From assembly GCA_973895155.1 (NCBI GenBank), contig OZ316894.1:16476216-16540215 (forward strand): DNA of 64,000 nt. The letters are read 5' to 3'. The notes under the pieces are model-generated. The model saw nothing but the letters and a program-made list of their open reading frames with translations, was not told where the DNA came from and searched no databases. The stretch comes from Marsupella aquatica (taxonomy: Eukaryota > Plantae > Marchantiophyta). Both the position numbers and the translations under genes were made by a program. This document shows, piece by piece, positions 1-13,329 of the stretch. The first letter of the stretch is position 1. Each line of letters starts with the position of its first letter.

Positions 1-86
1 ATCAATACAACCGAATCAACATTTTGTCCCTTCCGGAATTCTGACATGCCCATCAATGTTTAAAAACTTCAAAGATGTATCATCAC

Positions 87-1734
<1,648 letters not shown>

Positions 1735-2172
1735 GTCAACTACTTGATCGGCAACCAAACTGGGACGGCCTAATCTCTCTGGTACAGACACGTCCTTTAG
1801 AATGAACAACCTCACCAAAAACCTCCCATAGTTTCCCGCGTTAGCTAGAGTGGCAGATCAGGTCACGAACATCGCACATCAAGTATTGCACTGAACTTTT
1901 TCTATGCTATAAGTTTCCTGGCCCCTTCAAATGTCCTCCAAGTGCGCTGTAGTTCGTAGCAAATCGAATCCTCTTGCCTCCGAAGTTCTCCGACTGTTCC
2001 TGTACTGTACATACACAGTGCAAAATCTGTTCAGCAGTGCTCCTCCGCGATTCGAAAGCTCTGAATTCCTCAACGCAGAAAGAACTGCAGCCTTCGTTGC
2101 CACTTCGCGAGAATGATGATGCGGAAAAAGACGACCTGAGTGTCCGGAACGTTGGGGTTCAGGCGTCTCTCT

Positions 2173-2880
2173 AAGTGCAACACCAGGCTAATTGCAAGGT
2201 GTCTTGTTCGTCCCTTTCTTTTTCCAACGAGTTTGCATTTTGTTGCACCTTTGGTAAGTGCAAACAGGCCTGAATTGTAAGGCGTCCTGTTCTTCCCTTT
2301 CTAAGAATGAATTTGCATTTTGTTGCACATTTTTTAAGTGCAAAAATGCCTGAATTGCAAGGCGTGGTGTCTCCTTCCTTTTCTTTTTACAATGAGTTTG
2401 CATTTTTTTGCACCTTTGGTTAGTGCAAACAGGCCTGAATTGCAAGGTGTCCATTTCTTCCCTTTCTTTTTACAATGAGCTTGCATTTTGTTTCACCTTT
2501 TTTAAGTGCAAACAGGCCTGAATTGCAAGGCGTCCTGTCCTTTCCTTTCTTTTTACAACGAGTTTGCATTTTGTTGCACTTTGGTAAGTGCAAAAAGGCG
2601 CACCTTTGATAAGTGCAAACAGGCCTGAATTGCAAGGAGTCCTATCCATCCCTTTCGTTTTAGAACCAGTTTGCATTTTGTTGCACATTTGGTAAGTGCA
2701 AACAGGCCTGAATGGCAAGGAGTCCAGTTCTTCCCTTTCTCTTTACAAGGAGTTTGCATTTTGTTGCACCTTTTTCAAGTGCAAACAGGCCTGAATTGCA
2801 AGACGTCCTGTCCTTCCTTTTCGTATTAGAACGAGTTTGCATTTTGTTGCACCTTGGTAAGTGCAAACAGGCCTGAATTA
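2173..2880. repeat. Tandem minisatellite, ~82-83 bp unit, ~8-9 copies
   Basis: The unit aagtgcaaacaggcctgaattgcaagg...gagtttgcattttgttgcacctttggt recurs at about 2173, 2256, 2337, 2421, 2504, 2586 (short unit), 2611, 2694, 2776 and 2859. Confidence 0.95.
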
Positions 2881-5119
2881 TTTTCTGTAAACAACTTCAT
2901 AAGTGCAAAACCTCGATAAGTAATACTTTTATAGTGCACAATCCCATCAAAATGGATTTACGAATAAGTGCATGCCCTTTTGTAACAGAGAAAAAGACTA
3001 GTGGAGTAGAATACTCCTATGTACAATTTGGGTTGCGAGTCAAGAGACTGCGCTGTAAAGCATACTCTCTTACAAGTGCATAATTCTACTGGTTTGCACT
3101 TATCACGTGGTGCAAACCCTTTATTAGTGCACACCGGATGCTTGCGGACTGTACATCCTAGTAAAAAGTTTCCCAGGTAGACTCCGGGTTCACTGATAGC
3201 TCAAGTGTATTTTGCAACCCATGGACCATGTCCAAACCTTGAAATTGACCCGGACAAGAGATTTTACACTAGAAATATGCTATCCGACTAAAATTGACAT
3301 ATCAATCAAAGTACAAATTGAATCATCATCTACAGCATCTATCTAAACTCTTTAACATGCGATTGCACTCTTTCTTTTTCTCGCAGTATGTTTATGAAAC
3401 GTCATCTGGCAGGAAGCCTCCCTAGCCGTTGGATAATGGTGACATGTTTTTGTTATTATGAAATAGACCTGAAATTGTCAATATTTACTTTTTCCATGCC
3501 CAATTCATTACTTTCTGTGCAGCCTGCACATTCCTTGAAATCCACTTGCCAGGCCCACACGCCGACTCCATCGCAGTGTCCAGCTGTTTGGTCATCTCAA
3601 GTTTGCTCGACAGCCTTTCCGATCAACATCACTTTTTATCAACAATACTATGCAACACTCGGGCATTGGACTAGTCTTGTATACTGGCATCACACTGGCA
3701 AGAACAAAATGGGCCAAAACTGGAGACCCAACACATGGAAAACGCAAGTGAAAACCCCGGGAATGCTCGAGTTCTCCACAAATATTGCTTCCCATTTCGA
3801 GACCCATTTTAGCTAGTTAGAGAGAACATTGCACAAGCTGTCTTGCAAATTATTTTTGGTTCTGTCCTGATCACATAAACTTCATGAACGCCAAAGGCAA
3901 GATAGATTTCAAGGTATCTGTGATTATGCTAAGGTTTGAATCTGGTACCTTTTTTGTCCCGAGACAGCAAGTCCATCCAAATGGCATGATTCGTGGGTGA
4001 GGTCCCTCCAGGCTTTAACTTCTAACCCTACAGTGTCGTGAGCACAGTTGTCGTGAGGGAAGTAAGAAAGCTACTTTCAGTTGCTTCCTAGACTATCTGT
4101 TCGTTTCTTTGTTAATCTTCTTTGTTTCAGCGGCACAATTTTGCCAAGCACGTTCAGATTGCAGAAAATTTCTTTGTAGAGAGTTCAGTCTTCTTTAACC
4201 ACTACCTAGCTTTCTCTCGTGTCTCTCGACTGCAATCTTTTGTGTTCTCAATATATTTTTAGCTTATCATTGATAGAAGAACTGTCTGAAAATCTATGTA
4301 TTGTACTAATAATCTCCATCCAATGTAGAGATTAAATCTGCAACGGGTACCTCAATATCCTCCTGACTCTACAAGCCTCCAATGAGGTGCACTAGTGCCT
4401 ACTACTAGAGATTCGTGACTGATGGCTTGGCCCTATGGCTTGTGCCTGCTGAAGCCGCACCAGGATGAAATGGATTCTCAACAAGTGCATTGGTGCTCAT
4501 CTTTGAACTGAGCGAGACTCTACACAGACTCGATGCCCATCGTGAGTTTCTCTTTGTAACTTTTGGTGCTATATGGAGAAGAATGCGCAGTCGAGATTTG
4601 GAACTGGGCATTATTAAACATCTCCTATTCTTTTACTAAAAACAGTTTTCATTTCGTATGTTTACGGTCCAGGGTATAGGGTTTAGAAAGAGCTTTCTGG
4701 ATGTCCAATCACTCTCTACTTTTAGTCCTCCAAATTCCTTCTCTTTAATAGACCTTCTCCCCTCACTTTATAATCCCCGGTACCCTTTCGACAATCTCAA
4801 AGCTGAGACTGATCAGGGTCGCTTCCTGATCTGGAACTGGGGCTGTATTTGATTCTTTGGCCAGATAATTTAACCTCGGAAGAAGGGTGGACCTCTTCAT
4901 TCAGCTAATGGAACGCCACAGCATAAGCTATTCAGGTTGTCACCGATTTGGCCTTTTTTTATCTTGGCACCACTCCATGCCTCACCAGGGGCCATTGCTG
5001 TGGTCACTAAACTTGGCTTTGTCAAACACTGAGCTGGTGGACACTGAGTATGTCTGATGTAATATTTACAAACACTATTGTGTCCCAATTGCTCCAGAGT
5101 GATTGAATGAGAAAGGATT

Positions 5120-7614
5120 CTAACTCTCTAGAGACTGCACTACGATGTCCACCATGAGCCTCAGATATGTGAGCATTTGAGCTCTGGAGTATAAGGGGGT
5201 TGGATATACCCCAGTGAAGTGAAGCGCTCCATTTCGGACAGAATCAAAGATGGCCAATGCGGGCCCGACTCCATGAATCGAGGAGCAGCCCAGGTAGTGT
5301 TCTATTCCCAGACTTTCAGACAAGCCCTCCATTTCAGCCAAAACAGGATCTTGAAAGACAACTAGAAGAGATGTTCGCATGGAGCAGGATGGTGTTAATC
5401 CTGGATGTTGAAGAGCTTGGAACATGAGGTAGTTGAGATCTCCCATATCAGTGAAGTGCTTCCTGTTCCTCATGGAGTCCTCCAGTCCATTAGAGGACCT
5501 CTTGACCAATTCCCAGAAATCCGTATGCTCATTAACATGGTGAGTGTTCATGAGTGCAGAATGATAGAATCCTGTGCACAACACCAAGGAACATTTCTCC
5601 CCTTGTTAGTAGTTTGCAATCTATTGTTGGCGTGGTCTCTCCGCATGCAGCAATGGTTCAAAGAGAAATGCAACCAGATTGGGACATTAAAGCAGCCTAA
5701 TTGACTTCATCCGAAGAAAGTGCACTCTTTGAGTGAGATGCCACAGATTGAAGGTCTACCAGGAAACATTGGCTACTGCGATGTCGGGATTTCCCCAATT
5801 TAATTAAACCAATCCGTGGTCTTGTCATGATGAACTGGACGAGAAGCATCGTACACCAAGTATCACCAATTAAACCAAAATTTAGTTAGTGGAGCTAAAG
5901 TGAAGCCAAAGAAACATACCGACTGTAGATTCTGAGAGTTGTGGTTGCAAAAACTGGCGGCAATTGACGAGGCTGATGATTGCAAAGTGCTCTGATCGCT
6001 TGCCAAGCAGCTTCATTGCAGCTGCTGCCTTCATTCCTGCAGCAGAAAGAGCTCCATACACGCTGGTGCCTCTCTTTTTACATGCCTGATGAGCACAGAA
6101 AAAACCTAAGTTAGGTCCTCATGCCAAGTGAGCAGCCAACATGCACTGTACAGACATTGCATCACACAATTCCAAATTTGAAGACATCATAGTCGACATT
6201 GAAGCTCTTTCGTGACAGCTCAAGGAACACGGTTGGCGAGCAGTTGTGTAAAAGGTCTCTCAACCACCGAGCATTTCTATTTCTATTTCTATTTCGCGAG
6301 CATTAGGATCAGAATTACCTTCCACTAGGGTCACCGAACTCCCAACTGTTGTGCATCAACCTCAGTCACTAACAGAAAAAATTCTCATGACACGAATATT
6401 GGAACCAAACCAAGATACCATACACATTCCCAAGGTGAGTATGCCTCACTCTACAAAAACTCAAAAGGAATCTATACAAGCTCCAATTCCTAAATCGTGC
6501 TTCCTGAACCATCATGTACTGCCTATGCATATAGTTGTGTGTGAGCACTTGTTCGGTTGGACATCAAGAGAACTTAAACAGAGAACGAGTGGTAAGAGAA
6601 AGTCACCTCAAGAAGCAACTTGGTGTGTTCCACGCTTAGAATACAGTGGAAGAATTTGGAGCACCGAGGAGAATTAGTCTCTTCAAATGGAAGCAGGATG
6701 TGTCGTCTTGTCCCCAACGAGTATCCCAAAAGATCAATACCGTGTGCCCAGAAGGGTTTATTGGCCTTGCCGGGAGGAATGGCATCCTCCACTGACATAA
6801 AATTGTGAGTACTAGTGTTGGAATCGCTGCTGCATTGATGACCAAGGCTTGATGCTTTAGGAGGGATCCCTTGCACTGCACTGCCAACATCTTCACCACC
6901 AACAGTGATCTCTCGGAGAGCTTTCAAAAGGTCCACCATGACCGTGGCCGCAGCGACACGGTCACAAATGGCAGTGTGGACACGAAGAACAACCAGGGAA
7001 CGGTTTTCCGGAAGCAAGTAAAGACGCACCACAAACATCTGCATCGGCTCCAAGCAATGCTGGCGTTCTGGCCAAATATTTATGTTTAACTCTGTCTCCA
7101 AGTACACCATCCAATTGTGATCCTCCGCATCTTGCAGCTCGGCTGTAGACCACTCCTCCTCACCGCCTGCGTCGTTGACATCCTTCGTAGCCTCCCCTAG
7201 AGATACTGGCGAGGGAGAAGTGGCATCAACGACCTCCACAGTGACAGAGCGATCATCTGGCACTTTGAAAGCAGGGCGACCTTGGACCCACAGAAGCTGG
7301 GAGCGCAGCCGAGGGTGTTGCAACTGCACAGAGATCACAGCTTGCTGAAGAGCCTGAGCGTCTAAAACCCTCTTGAATAAGAAGGAGAGCACAGTGATTC
7401 CAGTCCCACTGCTCACTGCTCTGCACCAATTATGCTCTGTCTCCCCTAGCATCCGGCAGTAGGGCCCTTCAAGGAGTGCCTCGACTTCGGTTGATGCGGC
7501 AGTGGTGTCATCATAACCATCAAGGGGGGTTACTATGGCACTCTTCTCGGTGCCATTGCTATTGCTGCGGCTGGTTTTGCTGATGGCATTGTCATGAATA
7601 TAAAGACCTTTCAT
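5120..7614 (-). CDS. At3g52610-like uncharacterised CoA-dependent acyltransferase/condensation-fold protein
   Basis: Exons 7614-6607, 6085-5920 and 5571-5120 are in frame. Family motifs: LGETEHNWCRAVSSGTGITV, HPRLRS, HTAICDR (HxxxD), IPPGKANKPFWAHGIDLLGYSL, GFYHSAL, KHFTDMGDLNYLM, LTPSCSMRT, GCSSIHGVGP, YPTPLYSRAQM. Confidence 0.9.
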
Positions 7615-7775
7615 CTCAGGAGGACGAGGCTGGTGATAACGCTAACGGCAGTCAGGATCTGCTGCCTCTCCAGGTCCGCCTCCGCCAAATCTCTGCGCTC
7701 CGACGCTAAGAAAGGACGCCGCTCCTTGGGGTTATTCGTCTCCTCGTCCTTGGATCTCAGAAACCCGTTCAGCAT
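7611..7775 (-). CDS. 54-aa upstream ORF resembling the ISY1 splicing-factor N-terminus (gene fragment / uORF)
   Basis: ATG at 7775, TGA at 7613-7611. Translation: MLNGFLRSKDEETNNPKERRPFLASERRDLAEADLERQQILTAVSVITSLVLLR. Recalled plant ISY1 reads about MLNRF...PKERRP(F/Y)LASECRDLAEADKWRQQIL. The ORF is below the track's length cut-off. Confidence 0.7.
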   Translation of the reverse strand: MLNGFLRSKDEETNNPKERRPFLASERRDLAEADLERQQILTAVSVITSLVLLR

Positions 7776-10058
7776 TCCGAGCAGTTTTCGACGCCCTCGC
7801 CAAACTCCCGAAGACCCAAAAATTCACCTCCCCTACGGACTGTCGTCACGTACTTCAAATACTCTTCGTAGGGATTTAGTTGTGTAGTTGCTGCATTTCC
7901 AGCTCCGATCGTAGCGGAGCATCAGTTCATCCACGAAAACTAAGAAAGAGCCAAGCAGCTTAAGCTACTGACAAATCCAGAGACTGCAATGGTTCCTCTG
8001 TCAATCGGAAGACTTTCCACATTTGCCCTGAGACTGCACCACAGCAATTTCACGGTAATAGGAAAAAAACTGTCGCTTTTCTTGCACAACATCAACGAAC
8101 TGTACTCGTCGTGCAGATTTCGTCGAAGCCAAGACTCTTGACGAGAATGATGCCAAACCAAGATACTCAAAATGGCAGATTCCGTTCCTAATTATCTCAC
8201 CACATGGACTGGTAGCTTACAGTGACACATCGTGGTGACTAAAACAAGACACAATGAGATTGGAGTATCATTCAGCCACATCCCACAGAGTATGGAAAGA
8301 AGGAGCTCGAAATCTTTTCCTCGTACTTGAATTTGCCCAAATCACTCATTAGCCTTGGGGGAGCGACGGAAATCACGGAGCTTTAAGGTGCAGACACTCT
8401 TCACTGGAAAGTGGAAAGTGGAAATTGGAAGAGATGGCCTTTTGCTAACTCCTGTTCGTCGCCATATCTTGCTGTGCTGCCGGAGCTTCTCTCGAGGCTC
8501 GGGCTCTTGTGTCGAGAAATGCACGAGTAAAGCTCCCTCTCCAAGTTATGTACCTGCCCTTTCTGGTAAATGTACATCAAAACCCACTACAGTGCCGTGT
8601 GGCCTGTGCCAACAGGTTGGATGGATTTTCCATACGACGATAAACACACGTAAACGATAAACCCAATCTGTTATAAGATTGAGTGGTGTTTCTTCTACGT
8701 ATTTGACTGTTGCTTCTCTTATAATTATGATTGATTGAGTGTTGATTCTCCTAAAGTTTTTTTTAGTTTGTTTTCAGTTTTTTTTTTTGGTTTTGGGTTC
8801 TCCTAAAGTTGCTTTGCGCTATGCAATTACCGGGAAAAGGGAGTTTACCAAATATTGTGCCTCTTGTAAATCTAATTTTTTTAGTAGTTTATATTAAGTA
8901 TTGGTCAGTTCGACAGGTGCCCGATTTCCTATTTCGAGAGGCATCAAATTGACCCAAGGGGGTTGTCGAGTTGGCAAAGTGGCTCAACAAGGTTAGGTGA
9001 GCTGAGTTCCTTTGATTGATTCTGGGCTTTCCTAAGCCCAATCCCAACTCCAGGCTGCACTTTATGCCCTCCCACCAGATAGGCTGCTCTCATTTCCAAA
9101 TGCTACGTAGAGTGTGCCAATCCACATAAGAGTAGAGTTTGCTCAACAAGAGTCACCACAGCAAGTGTAGCCCAACACTAGTAGTCTTCATTGTGGCAAG
9201 TGAGGTTTTGGCTGCAAGCATCACAAATCTACCAGCTTTTTACACAAGCCCCCATCTCAAAGTGGGGTTCACCAAAGCCCTCTGGACACCAAAAACTTGA
9301 CCATTAGAAAAAATGGAGGTCACCTGTATGAAAACTAGCGGGCGGCCACCATCTTAGAGGTGAGGCGGTTGCGATAAATGAATGAGTTAATTAACTTGAT
9401 AGGTGTCCTCCATGGGATCAGGAAGAGCAGTGTGGACCCACTTACAGTTGAGTACTCAACTAATCTATTTCGTAATGCTATTCTAGTCCTGTCAGCATAA
9501 GCGAGAGACACTGAGGGACGGACAAAGAAAAGTGGGCCTACAATGTACAGCACCAAGAAGTGTGGAGCTCAACCAGGCCCACCAACAGACTCAAACAAAA
9601 GTTGGCTGAAGGGCGTATGCTTGCATGCCATGTGTTACAGGAATGTAGTCCTAGCAGCAACGCAACCGAGTTGGGAGAATTTGGAACGCAACCAAGTAGA
9701 GCTGTAAAGGTATCTTGAATCCTTTGGCTCTTGGGTTATGTGGTTCTCATGTCTTTTGGCTCTTAGGCCTTCCATGATTTTCCTTTTGTTTTCCCCCTTT
9801 ACTAATTTTTTTGCCTCTGGCATCCTTTCACCTGGTGTGGTTACTATTTTTGTAATATTTGATAAATTTTGGCATACGGTAGTGACATTTTTGTTTGCGT
9901 CATCAATAAATAATTGTTTTAAATGTGGGCTCCAATGACAAAATATTTCTGGGATTCTTTAGTTCTTGTATAATGCCAAATATTCTTAAATTTGGATTTT
10001 ATAAACACTAGCTCAATACCCATGGGTTGTGCCCAAAATATATTGTTGTACGTATAAC

Positions 10059-10111
10059 AGTTGTCATTGGGTGAAAGTTGTCATTGGGTGAAAGTTGTCA
10101 TTGGGTGAAAG
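10059..10111. repeat. 17-bp tandem repeat x3 (agttgtcattgggtgaa)
   Basis: Three directly visible consecutive copies. Confidence 0.85.
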
Positions 10112-13100
10112 ATGTCATTGAGAAAATGATGGCATTATGTAACAGATGTTGTCATATATGGTGGTCCCCTCATATATGCATCCCTAACCCCTGTCACCCC
10201 CCAACCCATGGCTATTCCATTCTAAAAACATTAAGGTATGTACTTGATGAGCCCCCCAAATGTTACTTGATGGACCCTGAGTGATACGGACCATTGACAT
10301 ACCTTAAATCAACTACTTGTATTTTATTGTTGCCCAGTAGACTCAACTTTGCCAAGTATACTCATTTCCATGGATTGCTATTTCATGTACCAAAGGGAGG
10401 GGCAGGTACACTCTACTTGCATTGCATGGCACTTAGGAGTACAGTGGGGCGGTTGAGTACAAAGAAAGACACTAGTCAGGATTGGACCAGGGACTGCACT
10501 TGCAAGTACACTGGAGAGTATCAAGTGGCTTGTTTTACTCTTGATTTTATTTCATAGATTTTGTCTTCCAACTGTGTCTCCCTTGTAACATTGAAGTTTG
10601 TGAGACCACCATTGCCTTTGGGACCCTGTCTCCCAGTTTGGCCTTTTTGTTTGTTTGCATTGTTTTATACATCAGTGTGAGCTCTTATTAAAGTTTTTGA
10701 TATTGTGGGGTTCTTGTACCCTAAACATGGAAACACTGAATTGGTTGTACTCTAGCCCTACTTCCCCACCTTCCCATCCTACTTCAACAATTAAGCACTC
10801 TGGCTCACAGATCTTAATCTATGATCCATTAGCTCTTTTCTTAATGTTGTTGTCGTGGATTTTCATTGGTCAACTTTATTTTATATATACGGCCCCCATA
10901 ACTAGTTCTTTGAAAAACTTCTGCCACAGTGATGCGCCACACAATCAAATTTTGCCCCAAGCCCAAACCTGCATGTTTGGAGTTTTCTTAAATACACCCA
11001 TTCATGTGTGGGGCAAAGCTGGCAAAAACGTTATGCCCAGGACTGTAAAAAACCTACAAAAAATGATAATTACTTTGCAAACAACAAAGATTGGTGAGGG
11101 ATTTTTTGCCCTAAACCCTAAACCAGATCTAATCATTTTAGTTATGTTTTGGATTTTGGCAAATGAAAAAAAAAACATTTGAGGAATAAAATTTGATTAC
11201 TTGATAGTCAATTTTCATGTACTGATATCAGTGTTTACGTTAACAACCAAATCTGAAGCCTGGATGGACCAACACGTTGTCCCCACCCATCCCCATGGAC
11301 TGTGTAAAGCAATCAGTCTGCTTCCACCAAAAAGAAAAAGGAATCAGTAAGCATATTGCATTGATGACATTCACAACACTGTGGAGAAAGTAGTCAAGGC
11401 GTCAAGTCCCATTTAAAAAAAATACCCTCTGCTCATTGTAATGTTGTCTGAATGGCTCAGCAATGTTGCCAAGAGAAGAGTGGAAAGCATCTTCAAGCTA
11501 AGATCTCAGCCCAATTGAAAGAAAGCAAAATAAATAAATGAAATGGAAGGTGTGGTTGAAAACATTTGCGCCCCTTCATTGCTCCCATATCAAGGATTCA
11601 AGTCTGCCCCTTAAGAAAATAGTTGAGTAGTCACAAACTACACAAATACATGATGCATTTTCAAAATATGTGTGACATCTTGACGACTGCCTTGACAAGG
11701 TTGTCAAAGTTGTCAATTGTCTGCGACAGAAACCTTACCTTCAAATTTGACAGATGTGTCAATTTATTTTAAGTACTTCTGGATCTCAGTTTAGGCTGAA
11801 ATGTTTGGAGCATGGTGTCTGATGTCCAGTGTATTTAACGACAAACTTTGAGACTTTTTTGGGATCATTTGCTCCATTTCCAACTTGCACAAAGATGGTC
11901 AAACATTACAACTCATGATTTCATTTAACTTTTCATGTGGGTCAACTGAAAACTGGTGTTCCTGAGTAATGGCATGAAGTCACGTTCAAGGTTGTCAGGG
12001 AGACCAGTTTGGATTGTTCTGGAAATGGGCTAAGGAGGCCATTTACAGGTCACAATTGAGTCGTGTAAACAACATTATCTGGGTCAATTTCAAGGTTTCT
12101 GAGAAAGTCTGTCCTAGCAAGTCTATCCGAGCTTTGCCAATCCATCCGGGCTTCACAAACAAAGGGGCAAGTCCATCCTGGCTCCACAAACGACCTGGAG
12201 GTCCATCCTTGCTTCCGATTGTCTCAGGAGACCACAGGAGCTTACTAAAATAATTTTACACTTAGAAACTGCATGATTGCTTTCACTTTCCTCATGCACC
12301 AGAGGATTGGCCGCTGATCCTCATTCAGTATTGCACTACTGAATGAGAGACCAATGGAGAACCTTCACAGTTTGCAGGCCACACAGCCCATTTCCTCGTA
12401 GATCCCCTCAAGGAGTATCGGCAGCTGGAATCGAGGATCGCCACGAATTGCTCTACATGTGTGTGGATCTTTCAAGAGGAGAACGTCGAAGGAATCTAAT
12501 GAGTTCGATTTGTACATTTCTGGTTTCTCTGCACCTGAGATCTCGCAATCAGGGTGGGTGTTCCATTGGTAGAGCTATTGGAATTTGTGGGCACACCTCT
12601 ACTTCCTCAGGTGGGGGTATTCCTTAATCGCAATCAGGGTGTGGTCTCTGTGTGATTGAGCAATTGGGTGCAATTGACCGCGGTTGACACAACGATGATG
12701 GCCGCTGATGACAGTCACTAATTTGCAACTTGTAAGAAATCAATTTCATGAATGCTATTCTTCCCCGAGAGGGATTTTAATCAGCTCTTCGCATTTGGGG
12801 GATTTTTCTGTGTATGTACGGTATCCGATTTGGGCGTTCCGAACTCCGAAGCTCTTGAGAAGATATCTGTTTCAAACTCCCGGTCGCTGTGACTTCGTTG
12901 TATGAACAAAATAATCACCAGGTTGCGGCGCTGAATTCTTGCTAGACCGATCATTTTCACCTGCTAAATCCTCAACCAGCCAGATCGCTGCTGAATTTCG
13001 CTGAAACATTCTGCTGAGTCCACTTCCGTGATGAAATGATCTGGCGAGATAATTTGGGGAGCTTTGCTGTGCCGTGAATTTTTCTACCCTCGTCCTCCGC

Positions 13101-13329
13101 TTGCCACTCCAAGTACTGAAAACGATGTCCCAACACGACTCGGCAGAAAGCCCTAAACGAAGGAATCCGGCAGTGGGAGCAGTAGTAGCATCAGGAGTTG
13201 CTCACCAACACGACAACAATAACGGCAATATCTGGAGAAGAATTGGAAGAACACGAAGAAGACAAGCGGCAGCAGCAGGTGAGTGAATGTGGGCCGATAG
13301 GAGAGGAAGTAAGGATAGGGTTCGGAGTG

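Noticed and set aside
2188-2866. Overlapping Cys/Lys-rich ORFs
   Set aside because: They are translations of the 82-bp minisatellite in several frames.
11110-11122. ccctaaaccctaaa telomere-like motif (also at about 30393)
   Set aside because: Only two units, a common interstitial telo-box-like sequence and not a telomere.
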